Positions 20,948 through 33,379 of a DNA stretch of 64,000 bases are shown here, one piece after another. The notes under the pieces were generated by a model that saw nothing but the letters and a program-made list of their open reading frames with translations, had not been told where the DNA came from and ran no database searches. Source of the DNA: Cyanophora paradoxa CCMP329. Its lineage: Eukaryota; Plantae; Glaucophyta. Location of the stretch: contig QPMI01000039.1 in NCBI GenBank assembly GCA_004431415.1, positions 624,277 through 688,276 on the forward strand. Direction: 5' to 3'. Position numbers and translations under genes: made by a program. Positions within the stretch are counted from its first letter, which is position 1, and every line of letters begins with the position of its first letter.

Positions 20948-23900
20948 TCGCGAACTTCTCGGCGCCTGGCCTCCTCGGCGAGCACCTCCCGCCCGGCATC
21001 GTTCCGCTCTCGACGGCGCCCCCGGGGCCCCGTGTACTCCGCGGGCACGTGCGTGGCCGCGGCCGGGAAACCGCTCCTGAGGCCGGAACGTCTTCTTAAG
21101 GCGCCGCAGCTGGCAGTCTCGCTTTCGGGCCTCGACGCGTACGTGGACCGCGTCCGCATCTCCAAGAGCGGTGCGTCCGGGCAGCCGGCGATCGCGAGCA
21201 GATCGATTCTCCACCGCGATCTCGATCGACGCGGCCGCAGGGTTCGTAGTGGTGGTCGCCAGGGACGGCACCGGGAAGCCCGCGCCATCGCCTACCGCGT
21301 GCGCCGCTCGATCTGTTCTCAGCTGAAGCTGAGCTAGCGCTCATGATCACGCTTCGCGCCCGGGGCGGCAGCGGCCGGAGGTAGTGGTGCGGCGGACGGC
21401 GCCCGGGGCAGAGAACCGCACGGGGACGACCATCGAGTTCGTGCCCACGGAAGAACTCTCGGACCCAGCCCTCAAGGCCCGCCCGCCCGCCCCGCTCGGC
21501 CCTTCTGCGCTCGCTCGCTCGCCTCGTGACCAGCTTCGCCCTTCCCCGCGCAGGCGTTCATGGAGGCGCTGCCGAAGGACATCTCCTCCCTGCCCCTCTC
21601 CGAGTCGAGCTCGGCAGCGGGCCTCCGGGCACGCGCCGCCTCGCTGCTGCCGCGCACCACGGTCCCCGGCGCGCGCGTCGAGCGGAGCGGGGAGGAGGCG
21701 GGGCGAGGCGCCCCCCTCATGAACCGTGCGCCGCCTCGGGCTTCCCCTCGCGCTCCGATTCGGCGTCGACTCGGATCGCAGGGCTTGACTTCGAGGCGGA
21801 GGGGCGGGACTACGCCGGCCGCTGGCGCAAGCTCATCGGGGCGCCGGGGGCCCCTCCCAACGAGACCCTCCACCTCCTCATCGGCGTCGCCACGCCGAAG
21901 GACGGCGCGCGCGCGCTTCCCTCTCGAGCCGCGCCGCGGTCGGCGTCGCGCTCTTCCAACGCCGCGCAGAGCTGAACGCGGGGCTGAACGAGCTGACGGT
22001 CGCGATCATCATTGTCTCGGCCGTCTGCGGCTCGGCCGCCCTCGTCCTCGGCCTCCTCCTCATCGTCGAGGCGCGCCTGCGCGCCCCGCTCTCCCTCGAA
22101 GGATCTAGCTGAAGCTCACTCGGTCCGGGCGCAGGTGCGGCGCGTGATGCGGCGCTTTGAGCAGGAGATTGCCCTCGTCTCGTTCTTCTCGCTGGACCCC
22201 GCCGCCACGGGCCCCGCGCCCCCGTCCCGCCGCCCCTCCGCACGCTCTTCCCGCTCCGGCTCCGATTCGAGCGGCGCCCCGGCGCCGGCCGCCCCTCCCG
22301 GCGGCCGTCACTTTCGCGCCGGCGCGGCGGGGCTTGTGGGCCTCGGCGCCGTCCTGGCGCCCGCCCCGGCGCCCGCCGAGCCGCCGGACGCTGAGGCGGC
22401 GGGCCCTCCGGAGGACCACGGCTCGCACGCGGTGCACAGCCCCATCTCGGAGCTCGACCGCGTAGGGGCCGCCCTCGCCAAGATGCGGTCCGCTGTTCTC
22501 TTCCAGCTTGAGAGCAGCTTGTCCTAGGCCTGCGGCATCGGATCTAACGCTCGGGTCGGGCCGGGTCGGTTCGGGTCGGCAGGCAAGCGGTCCTCGTCTC
22601 CTCGTCCGTCTCCGACGCGCTGCTGGTCGTGGGGGCCGGCGCCGGCGCCGGCGCCGGGCCGCCGGGCCGCTCGGCGGCGCCCCTCGTGCACATGAACGCG
22701 GCGGCGCGGCGGATGTTCTACCCCCCCTGGGCGCCCCCCGGGGAGGTGGGGGGGGAGCTGGCGCGGCGCCCGCCCGTCCTGCAGTACTTCGCGCCGCGCG
22801 ACTGGCCCGCCCTCGCCGCCTTCCTCGCCGACCCCCGCGCCGAGGGGGACACCCTCGAGCTCGACGCCGTCGCCCGCCCCGCCCCGCTCCCCCACGACCC
22901 GACCGCCTTTTCTCCGCCCTTCGGCCCGGGCGCAGCCGCCGCGCCGCGCCCGAGCCCCTTCGAGATCGACATCTCCGTCGGCCGCGCCGGCCACGCCTTC
23001 GTCGCCGCAGGGGCCGTTCCTAGGCCCCCGGATCCGACCCCCTTCGCGTTCGGCCCCGCCGCGGACGCGGCCGCGGCCGCCGTCGGGCGGGTCTTCCCTG
23101 TGGAGATCTCGGTCGGGCGCATGGCCTTCGAGCACCAGGACCTCCAGGTCCGCCCCGGGCCCGCTCCGATCGAGCTGCGCGCCCCGATGCCGAGTGGCAG
23201 GTGCTGGTGGGAGCTGCGCGCCCGATGCCGAGCGGCAGGTGCTGGTGGTGCGGGACGCGACGCAGCGCAAGGCGATGGAGCGCTCCGTCCTCCAGAGCGA
23301 GCTCCGCGCCCGCGTCCGCGGCGCCGAGCTCCACGTGCCCCGCCCTCCCCGCTCCTCTCCTCCTCCGCTCCTTCTCTACATCTTCCGCAGCGTGTGCTGG
23401 ACAGCGCGGCGTGCCCCTTCATCGGCGTCGACCGCGCCCTCCTCATCACCTCCTGGCGCGCCTGATTTGGGCTCTACGCGACCCCGTCTCACGCTCTTCT
23501 TCCCCGCAGGAACGCGGCGTGCGCGCGCCTGACGGGCGTGCCCCCCGCGGCGGCCGTCGGGCGGCCCTTCCTCGCCCTCGTGGAGGCCGCGGAGCGCGGG
23601 GCGGCCGAGGCGCTCCTCGCGCGGGTGCTCGCGGCGGGGCCCCCGGCGGCCGCGACGACCGCGGGGCCCGGCCGAACCGGTCGAGGTCACTCTGAAGGCG
23701 CACCCGCCCTCCCCTCCGCCTCTCCTTCTCCTTCTTATCGGGCGGGCGGGGCGGGCGGGGGGGGCCCGCGGGTGCTGCGGCTGCTGCTGGGGGCGACGGC
23801 GCGGCACGACGCCGAGGGCCGCGTCGTCGGCGCCATCGTCGTCGGCCAGGCCCGCGCCGCATGCTCGCCCATGCCAAAGCCGGCTCCAGAGCTCTAGATC

Positions 23901-26900
23901 TGGCGCCCCCGCCCGCGCCGGCGCCGGCGCCGGCGCCAGATCTAGAGCTTCGCTTAGCGCTTAGCTTCGCTTCGGCGCGCCCCATGCTCGCCCACGCTGG
24001 AGCCAGAGCTCTGCTGAGCGCTCGCTCGCGTTCACGCGCCGCAGGACATCACGGAGAAGCGGCGCCCGATCGAGGCCGAGGCCGTCAACGAGGCGCGCGC
24101 GCCCCTGCGTTCCGCCCGCTCCGCCCGCTCGACGCCCGCGGGACGCGCAGACGAAGAACAAGTTCCTCGCCTACGCCGTCCACGAGCTCCGCACGCGCGC
24201 CCGCAGCCCGCCGCCCCCGCCCAGCCCCCGCCCCGCCCCGAGCCGCCGGGGCATGGCAGGCCGCTGGACGGGATGTTCGGGATGGCGGAGGCCGCTGATG
24301 GCAGGCCGCTGATGTTCGAACATCATTAGTCGAGGCGGAGGGGAGAGCGCGCTGGACGCCGAGCAGCGCGACCTCCTCGCCAACCTCCGCCTCGGCCCGC
24401 CCCTGTCCTGCCCCGGGCCGCCGTCTCGGCTTGACTTGCGCCGGGCGCGCGCGCAGCGTGCGAGCAGATGCTGCTGACCGTGAACGACCTCCTCGACGCG
24501 CGCCCGCCCCGCGCCCGCCCCGGCCCCGCCCCGCCGGAGCCCCGCTCGCCTGACGCCCGCCGCAGCTGCAGAAGATCGACGCGCGCCGCCCGCCCCGCCC
24601 CTCCCCTCTCGCCCCGGCTAGATTCTTTGACGTACCCCCCTTCATTCGCAGGCCGGGAAGATGGCGCTTGAGAGCATCGAGTTCGACCTGCGCGCCGCCG
24701 TCGAGGAGGTCGTCGAGGCGCGCCCGAGGCGAGCGGGCGCCCTCCGGAGCCGCTTACGCCCCCGCAGGTGGTGGCGCCGACGGCGTTCGGGAAGGGGGTC
24801 GAGGTGGCGAGCCACGTGCCCCCGGAGGCCCCCGCCCGCCTCCTCGGCGACCCCCACCGCCTCAAGCAGGCCCGCCCCCGCCCCCGGCCCCCGGCCCCCC
24901 GCCTCGAGGCCCTCACGCCGCCTCGCGCGCGCCGCCTCAGATCCTCGCAAACTTCGCATCGAACGGCGTCAAGGCGCCCTCCTCCCGCCCCGCGCCCCCC
25001 GCGCCCCCCGCGCCGCCGACTCCGCAGCGCGCCGCAGTTCACGCAGCGCGGCCACGTCGTCGTCTCCGTGCGGCTCCTGCAGCCGCCGGGCCCGGCCCCG
25101 GCCCCGGCCCCGGCCCCGGCGCCCGCGCCACGCTCCGCTTCGAGACCCGCGACACCGGCGTCGGCATCCCCAGGCGCGCCGCCCCGCCCGTGCCGGGCCG
25201 GGGCGGGGCGCCGGCCCTAGAAACGCGCGCGGGGGGCAGGGAGGGCCTGGAGCGCATTTTCAAGGATTACGCGCAGGCCGACCAGAGCATCACGCGGCGC
25301 GCCCCGTCCCGCCCCGGTCCCGCCCCTGCCCCGAGCGAGCGCGGGGCGGGGCGGGGCGGGCAGGATGTTCGGGGGCACGGGGATGGGCCTGGCGATCGCG
25401 AAGCGGCTGGCGGAGCTGATGGGCGGCGCCGTCGGCGTCGCCTCCGTCCCCAGCCGCGGCAGCGTCTTCCACCTCGAGCTGACCCTGCCCGTCGCCCCCG
25501 GCCCGACCCCGCCCGCGCTCCCGGCCCTGGGCGTGGAGACGGAGGCGGAGGCGGGGCGGCCGGCGGTGCTGGTGCTGCACCGCGACGCGGCGGTGGCTGA
25601 GATCCTCTGCGACTACGCCGCCGCCCTCGGCTGGCGGCCCCTCCCCGGCGGCGGCGCCGGCCCCGCCGGCGACGACGAAGGGCCCCGCGTTGTCCTCGTC
25701 GACGACGGGTACGACGAGGGCGGCGAGGGCGAGGCCGGGGGCGAGGGCGGCGGGCCGCCGGCGCTGCCGGCCGGGGCGGCCGTCGTGCGTCTGGTGGACC
25801 CTGTGCCCCACGCCCGCCGGCGCGCCGCGCGGAGGGCTAGCGCCGGCGCCGGCGCCGGCGGCGGGCTGGAGCTGCGGAAGCCGGTGCGGCTGCACCGCCT
25901 CGCGGCGGCCCTCGCGCGCACCCGCGAGGCCCTCGCGGGTTCCGCGCGGGCGTCGCCCTCCGGACCGGCCGCCGCGGGCCCGGAGCCTGCGGCGGAGGAG
26001 GAACGCGAGCCGCCGCTCGCGGGCGCCGCGGCGGCTGGCGCGGCGGAGGGCGCGGCCGCGGGCGGGAGTCCCCAGCGTCGCCTGGGGCCGAGCCGGCGCC
26101 GGCGCCGGCGGCGGGGGCGAGCAGCCGGCCGCCAGCCCAGGGCCAGCAGCCGCCGCAAGGCAGGGACCGCTGGAGGACGGCCTGGGGCGGGCGGCGGCCC
26201 CCGCCGGCCTCGCCGTCCTCGTCGTCGACGACGTCGACATGAAGCGCGTACCCCGCGCCCCGCCCGCCCCGCTCCGCCGAGCTGACCCGCCCGCCCCGCG
26301 CAGCCGCAAGGTCCTCCTCCGGGCCCGAGCGGTGTTCCCCCGTCAGGTGTGCGCGGCGCTGCTGCGGCGGGCGGGGCTGGGCCCGGGCCTCGAGGTGGAG
26401 ACGGCGGTGCACGGCGCGGAGGCGGTGGCGGCCGTGCGGCGGCGGCGGCCGCGGGGCGCGCCCCCTTCGACGTGATCTTCATGGACATCGAGGCGCCCCG
26501 CCCTCCGCCCCGGCCTCTCCCCGCCCCGGCCCCGCCGAGCGGCGGGGCCCCGGCCCGCAGATGCCGGTGAAGGACGGGCGGCAGGCGAGCCGCGAGATAC
26601 GCGCCCTGGTGCCCCCGCCCCGCCCCAGTCCCTGCACCCGCCTCCGCGTGCGGCGCCGAGCGGGCGCGCGGGCCGCAGGAGGCGGCGGGGGAGACGCGGG
26701 GCCCGCCCTCCGCCATCGTCGCCCTCGTGCGCCGCGCCCGCCCCGCCGGCCCCGCGCCCCGCCGGTGCCGAGGGCGGGCCGGCTCGGGCCGGGGCCGGCT
26801 CGGGGCCGGCGGGCGGCAGACGGCGAACGCGCTCGGGGAGAACGAGGAGAACGGGCTTGACATGGACGACTGCCTCGTCAAGCCCGCCCCGCGCCCCGCC

Positions 26901-27023
26901 CCGCTCCAGCCGGCCCGGCCCGACGCGCCCCGCAGGCCGCTGCGGAAGGAGCAGCTCACGCGCGTCGTCGAGCGCTTCCGCGCGGGGCGGGCGGCGGGGG
27001 CGGCGACGGCCCGGGAGCCCTGA
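20944..27023 (+). CDS. Membrane hybrid histidine kinase (TM-HAMP-like-PAS-PAS-HisKA-HATPase_c-degenerate REC-REC), probably 5'-truncated
   Basis: TM VAIIIVSAVCGSAALVLGLLLIVE; PAS VLDSAACPFIGVDRALLITSW/NAACARLTG...VVGAIVVGQ/DIT; H-box KNKFLAYAVHELRTPL; N-box GDPHRLKQ/ILANFASNGVK/FT; G-boxes DTGVGIP and FGGTGMGLAIAKRLAELMGG; REC VLVVDD, FMDIE/MP, L/TANA, VK/P; TGA 27021-27023. Confidence 0.85.
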
Positions 27024-27925
27024 TCATGAGGGGAAGCCGCCGGGCCCTCGCTGACTGCCCCGCCATCCTTCCGCTAAGCTCCTCGAATATAACAGACCGT
27101 GCCCGCTGCCTCGAGCCGCTAGATTCGACAGAGCTCTGCCTTCCTGGCGGGCGTGACGGGAGCTGTGCTAGGCCCAGGGCGGGTTCTCGAGGAGGAAAGC
27201 GCGGAGCCGGTCCAGGGCGCGGCGCGGGCGGCGGTGCGAGATCCTGTTCTTCTCCGCCCGCTCCATCTCCGCGAGCCTGGCGCCCCGTTGACGTCGACTT
27301 CGGAAGGAGCACGTGCACGCCGTGACGGGGGCGGGGTAGCTACGAAGTATAGCGCACGTTTGGCTGGAGCCGTTGGGCTGGAACGGCCACGTCCACTCGG
27401 AGTCTCAGGGCCGATTTCATCGCACCGGCAGTGCCACGGTGCGCCCTGGTTGAATGATCCGTCGATCGCGCCTGCGCCGCGCAGGAGGGCCGGCGCCGCA
27501 CGCAGTCGACGTTGCGACCCGATCAAGCCCAGCCAAGTGCAACCTCTACCCCGTAGCGGCTCCAAGCCTCGAAGGTTCGAGTCTAAGCCGAGGGCAGGTG
27601 CCGCTGGAGGCCTCGCGCAGCGCTGTTCGCCGCGCGCAAGCGCTCGTCCGCCGTGCGCTTCAGCGACGCCTCTGTCAGGTCGTCGCACAGGTCAGGGCCG
27701 GTGGTCAGGCGGCCCTCTAGATCTGTCAGGTCGTCAGCCTCTGTCAGGCGGCGGTCAGGCATGTCACGAGGCGACAGAACCCACCACGCTAAACCATTGC
27801 ACAGGCGCGTCAGGTGTGTCGCTTCTGGAGCTCAGGCACCGCGCGCAGTTCGTCGCAGTTCTGTAGGCACAACGGCAACACACTTCGACATAAATCCGCT
27901 TGAGCTCTCCCGCGGCCGTCTGGTC

Positions 27926-28381
27926 ATGGATCCCGCGGCCGTCTGGGCGGCATGGTGGTTCCATCATAATGAGCAGGCTGAAGCTCGCCGGCGGAGGCGT
28001 CTGGAAAAAGCAGCGGCCGAAGCTCGAGCTCGGGAGGAGGCGGCGCTGCAGCGTGCCTCGTTCGAGCGTGCCGCGTTCGAGCGTCAGCAGCAGCGAGCGC
28101 AGAAAGAGCAAGAGCGAGAGCGGGCACGTAGAAAGGAGCGGCAGGAGTGGCTTGCCGATCAATTGCAGCAGCAGCGCCTTTTCACTTTCGCGCTCCTCGC
28201 TGGCCTTCTCCTCCTGGCGGCCTACATTCTCTTCTACATGCCGGCCGCGTCAGCCCCGCCGCCCGCAACCGCGCAGATGGCGATGGCGCATGCTCCGCAG
28301 AGGCAGCTCCCCGGCGGCACGCGTAAGCAGCAGCTGCCCGGGCGCGTGCCGGCAGGCGCCGGCGGCCACCGCCTCCCGTAG
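27926..28381 (+). CDS. Small intronless coiled-coil protein with one transmembrane helix
   Basis: MDPAAVWAAWWF...E/R/Q-rich helix...LFTFALLAGLLLLAAYILFY; 151 aa; composition unlike the GC-artefact ORFs. Confidence 0.5.
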   Translation: MDPAAVWAAWWFHHNEQAEARRRRRLEKAAAEARAREEAALQRASFERAAFERQQQRAQKEQERERARRKERQEWLADQLQQQRLFTFALLAGLLLLAAYILFYMPAASAPPPATAQMAMAHAPQRQLPGGTRKQQLPGRVPAGAGGHRLP

Positions 28382-28561
28382 CGATGTTCGTCGTTCGCGG
28401 ATCATGCTTTTGTTATCGAATCCGAGATTTGATCCGAGGACCGGGGAGAACGGCGGGAGGGGCGGGCCGGGGTCCAGGCGGGCAGGGCCTTGGGGGGGTT
28501 CGGGGGACTGAGGACTGCTATCGGACTCCGAGACTCGGGATTGCCATCGGTCTGCAGACGG

Positions 28562-31500
28562 TCACTCGGCGGCCGGGGCGGCCTCGCCTCCGCCGTCGCC
28601 GAGCAGCGCCGCAGCCGCCGCGTCCTCCTCGTCCGCCCCCTCCAGCGCCTTCGCCGCCTGCGCACCCGGGTTAGAGGGGGGGGGGGGGGGAGATAAGGGG
28701 TACGCGGGCGGACCTTCTTGGCGAAGAGGCAGCGCGGGAACTCGCGCTTGACGTAATCGTTCCACTTCGGCGCGAACTGCGCAGGGAGCCGCGCCGGTCA
28801 GGGGTACGTATCTTCCAAGTCGAGGTGGGGGTACGGGGCGGGCGCACGTTGGAGTACTCGAGGCGGCAGGCCTCGTGCGCCTCGGCGCTCTTCTCAACCC
28901 AGCCGCGCGTCACCGCGTTAAACTGCTCGTCGCTTCGCTCCACCATGTTCGCCCGCAGGCACTGCCCGGCATCGAATTAGGCCGTCGACTAGGAAGCGCG
29001 AGAGGGTCTGCGAAGCGCACCCGCTCGGGGCTGACGCCGTCGCTGCGGCCGCCGTTGGGGTGCACGCAGAGGGACGCCAGCAGCGTGCTCTTGCTCCCCT
29101 TGCACTGCGCGCCCGCCGGGCCCCGCCGTCAGACGACAACCGCGCCCCGCCCCCCGGCCCCTGCCGCCTACCTTGGCCTCGAAGGCCTCCAACGCGGCGC
29201 GCTTCTGGCGCAGGTCGGCCTCCATGCGGCTCATGAACTCGCTCTCCACGAACCGCGTCGGCTCGAACTGCGGCCCCCGGACCCCCGGCCCGCCTCGCAC
29301 CGGAGCGTGGAGCGGGGGCGGCGAGGGCGGACGACCGCTCACCTTGGCCTCGGCGGCGTCCGCCTCCTTCTTCTTGCGCTCCTTGGCCGCCAGCTCGCGC
29401 TCCTTGGCGGGGTCCATCGGCACCGTCCTCGGCCGCACGTCGCCCCCGCCCGGCCGCGTGTGGTTCTGCACCCGACACGATCTCAGCGGCGCAGCCGGCG
29501 CGCCGAAAGGCAAGGCCGGCTCGCTCGCCTTCTGGCACTTGGTCTCCTGCTCGCGCCGGAACTTGATGTCGTTCAGCATCCGCTCGTAGAAGGCCCCCGC
29601 GTCCGCCGGCTCTGAGGGACGAGAGATGGTGTGAGGAAAGCAAGGAGAGGAAAGGGGAAGGAAAGGGGAGGGCCGCACGGGAGAGGGCGGCGCGCTTCTG
29701 GAACTCGAGCGTGCGGCTCTCCGTCAGCTTGTCCCGCTCCTTGCTCTGGAAAAGAAAGAAAGGTTAGCCGCAGAACGAGAACGAGGAGGAGGGCGCCGCG
29801 CGCCTTGTGCTCGGCCTCCTTGTAGAGCCGCATGGTGAGCTCCTCGACGTTCCCCGGCTGCTGCTCGCCGCGGTAGGGCCGGCTCTGCCTCCTCCCACCG
29901 CTGCATCTCCAGCCTCCTCTGCTCCTCGCTCTTCCGCTTCGCCTCCTCGCTCAGCCGCTTCGCCGTCTCCAGCACCTGCCAGGGCTGACCCGAAGCAGCG
30001 CGAAAGGGAAGCTTAGGCGGACCTCGCTGAGGGGCCGGATGAGGCGCCCTATCTTGACGGGCGTCGGCGAGCCGGCCCCGCTCAGGCCCGCCGCCGAGTG
30101 CGTGTGCGAGGGGCTCCCCGACATGCGCCGCGACGGCGTGCCCGACGCCGCCCCCGGCCCCGCCTCGGCCGACTCGTCCGGCGACTGCGAGCGCGTGTGC
30201 GGCGGCTGCGGGCTTGGCGACGACCGCGCGCTCCCCGCCGAGGAGCCCGCCCGCAGAAGCAAAGGGCCCGTGCCGCTCAGCCCGAGGGACGAGGCGCTGG
30301 CGGCGCCCGCGGAGCCGGCGCGCAGGCCGGCGCGGCTCCTGCTCCCGCTCGCCCGCGAGAGGGGCCGGCTCGACGACGCCGACGTGGAGGGGCGCGCCCG
30401 CTCGCTCGCCGCCATCTGCCTCGCGCCCGCCCGCCCCCGTCAGCTCAGCGGCGCTCGCTCGCCTTCCTTTTGCGCGGCGCGCGCCTTTCGGGCGAGGGCG
30501 AGGATGGCGGCGCGGGCGGAGAGGGCGCGCTCCGTGGCGGGCCCCGGCGCCCACTTGCCCCGCGCCGCCTCCGCCAGCGCCGTCGCCAGCCGCGCCTGCG
30601 CCCGCCCGCCCGCCCGCTCGTCAGCGACTCGCGATCGGGGACTCAGTGCCAGAGGCGCAGCAGCGCGCACGAGGGCGGCGGTGCACTCGTCGTTGGCGGT
30701 GCGCGCGGCGGAGACGAACGCGTCGACGCCGGCGCCCGCAGCGCGTCCATCCACGCCATGAACTGCGCGCGCGGGATCAAATCAGCCCAGCGCCGAGCGC
30801 GCGCGCGCCTGCGGCCGGCCCGCCGGCCGGCTCGCCTGGGCCCCGTCCTCGTGGCCCATGCCCTCCGCGACGCCCGCCAGCGCCAGCGCGATCTCCCGCC
30901 CCGCCGCCTCCTGCCCCTCCGGCGTCGCCTGCCCCCGCGCCCCCCGGGGCCCCCCTCAGCTCGCTCGAGGCCTGAAGCCGAGGCAACGGCGGGACCCGGC
31001 CGCCGCACCCGCGCGCCGCTCGCGATCTGGTCCACCGCCCGCTGCACGAGCCGCCGCACGCGCTGCACCCCCTTCTCGAACGCCCTCCCGAGCTCCGCCA
31101 GATCCTCCCCGGGCCCTGCGCGCCTCTCAGAGCGGGCGAGGCGGGCCGGCGGCGGCGGGGCCTTCGGCGTCGTACCCTGCAGGCGCTCAAACAGGGTACG
31201 GTAGAGCGCCGCGAAGGCCGCGCCATAGTCCCCGGGGAGGATGTCCGCGCTCAGCTCCTGCGGCAGCAGTTCGGAAGGGGGCTACAGCGGACCAGGGAGA
31301 GGGGTACGGGCGCACGTCGCGGGCTGAGAAGTCGAGGAAGGCGGCCGCCTCGCAGGAGCGGAGGGCGTGCAGCAGGCGGGGGTACTCCACCAGCAGCGCC
31401 GAGCGCACCAGGTCCTGCGCCCCCGCCCCCGCCGCCCTGAGCCAGAGCCCACCCGGGGAAGGAGAAGGCGGGGGCGGCACCTCGGGGTCGTAGTAGACGA

Positions 31501-31975
31501 CCACGAGGCTGGCGCTGCCGGCCGCCGCCCGCTGGAGGGCAGCCTCCAGCTGCCCGATGCACTTCGCGTTCCCGCAGTACGCCGTCGAGACTGCCGCGCC
31601 GCGCACGCGCCCCGTGAGGCCGGGCCGCCGCGCGGCGGCGAGCGGCGAGCGGCGCGGCCCACCGCAGCAGAGGACGACGCTGCAGACCTGCAGCCCGTCC
31701 CTGCGCGTGCCGCGGCGCGTGGGCGACGAGGGCGCGCTGCCGGTCGGCGGGGCGCAGGCGCACCTGTACTTCGAGTTGCCGGTGCCCTTGGCCTGCGACT
31801 GGCGCCAGAGGAGGTGCGGGTTCGCCGCATCGAGGTCCGCAGCCAGGTACCGCACGAAGTCCTCGTCCCTCGAGCAGAAGCTGAAGAAGACGCTGCGGCG
31901 CCAAGCGTCTCAGCGCGCGTGGACGCCCAAGGCGCGAAGGAGCGCCGACGCTCCGGGATGCGACGGGGGCAACAT
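28562..31975 (-). CDS. Degenerate TIR domain + long coiled-coil/Ser-rich protein
   Basis: N-terminal exons VFFSFCSRDEDFVRYLAADLDAANPHLLW...KYR/DGLQVCSVVLCC/VSTAYCGNAKCIGQLEAALQRAAAGSASLVVVYYDPE follow the TIR pattern; downstream charged helices (VLETAKRLSEEAKRKSEEQRRLEMQR, FYERMLNDIKFRREQE); start uncertain. Confidence 0.6.
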
Positions 31976-32275
31976 AGCGTGGCGGACCGGGGAATCGGCC
32001 TCATCGCTGTGGCAACGCCTAGAGCTGCCACGAGGAGATGTAGAATGCCTTGATAGACGTAGATCTGCTGCTGCCAGGCGCGGTGGCGCCTCTGACCGCG
32101 AGACGGCTACAAGCCGTGTGCTTATCTTGGTAACTTCGGTCGGGGGTTGTGTGACAGCTCTTGCGCTCGTTCTATGGTCCTATATACTCTGCCGTGTGCA
32201 AGCCTGCTCAAAGGACCGTCAGCGCTGAGCTAGGCTGAGAAGTTGGGGTATGGCAGTTTCTTTTTTTGCCGCGAC

Positions 32276-33134
32276 ATGTCCCTGCAAGCGCAGCTCGCCC
32301 GCCTCAGGTGCTACGGCGCGCATGTCGCCGAAGCGTAGCTAACGTGGTTGTAGCGCCAAGGACGCCAGCGACGCGGACAAACTGCGCTCCCTCTTCGAGA
32401 CCCTGCGCATTCTACGAGCATACCGAGCCTTTACGTAAGCTTCTCAGCATCGATTGATTCTCAAATGCAACTGAGTGTGCCCTAGGGAGCTCGAGGACGC
32501 GGTCCGTGCTCACGTCTCTCCACAGGCCGCGAGCGCACTCGTGGGGTGCATCGACGCAGGAGGAACAGCGTGCCTGCTCGTACTGCAACTGCTAGCGCTG
32601 ATCTGCACAACCGCCGACGGCGCCAAGAGCTGCGGTCCGCCCCTCGCCTGCCGAGCGCGCCGCGCGCTGGCGCCTCACCCTGCGCTAGGCACTGAGGAGA
32701 CGTTCGCGGCGATCACTGGCGTGCTGCACCTGCGGAAGCCCGAATTCGAGCGCTGGGCGCTAGAGACCCTGATCGCTTTCGAGGAGGACAGGCAAGCTCT
32801 GAGGCTGATGCGCCGCCTGGGCATCGCGCGACTGGTGTCGAAACCGCTCGAAGAATCTCCGGTGACAGACCAGACCCCCGAAGCTGGCACGGGACCCGCC
32901 TGCGCACCACCGCAGTTCAACCCCCGCATCGCGTACGTAAAAACCCCTGCTCGTCCTGCTGGCTTGCGCCGCTCTAAATCGGCACCTGCAGAGAGCTTCG
33001 ACGTCGCCTGGCACGGGCGCTTGCCCCCGAAAAGATTGTTCGACAGGATCACTAGCTTAAAGCTAGTAGCTTGCTGTCATCGTTGCTTGGTAACATTCAA
33101 CGCCCTTGCATCTAGATCACTTCGCTCAAATTAA
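32276..33134 (+). CDS. Hypothetical helical (ARM-like) protein
   Basis: ATG 32276 MSLQAQLARLS/AKDASDADKLRSLFETLRIL...LLVLQLLALICTT...ETFAAITGVLHLRKPEFERWALETLIAF with GT-AG introns. Confidence 0.4.
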
Positions 33135-33379
33135 CCCCCTTCGCGGCCGTGAAAAATAGTTCATGGAGCACCCCCAGTGGGTGACTGCGAGCATTGTAAC
33201 TAAATCTTCAATTAAACAACACCCAGCAAGCTTCCGAGCCAGGAGCACAGCACACACTGCAACGAGGAGCTTTTATTTTGCCACGTGCAATGAGTGAAAT
33301 GCAACCGAGACCGTACACTAAACTCGGCGTCTGCATAGGGCGACTCGTGCGCCGCCCATCGCATCCAGCATCCTCACGC

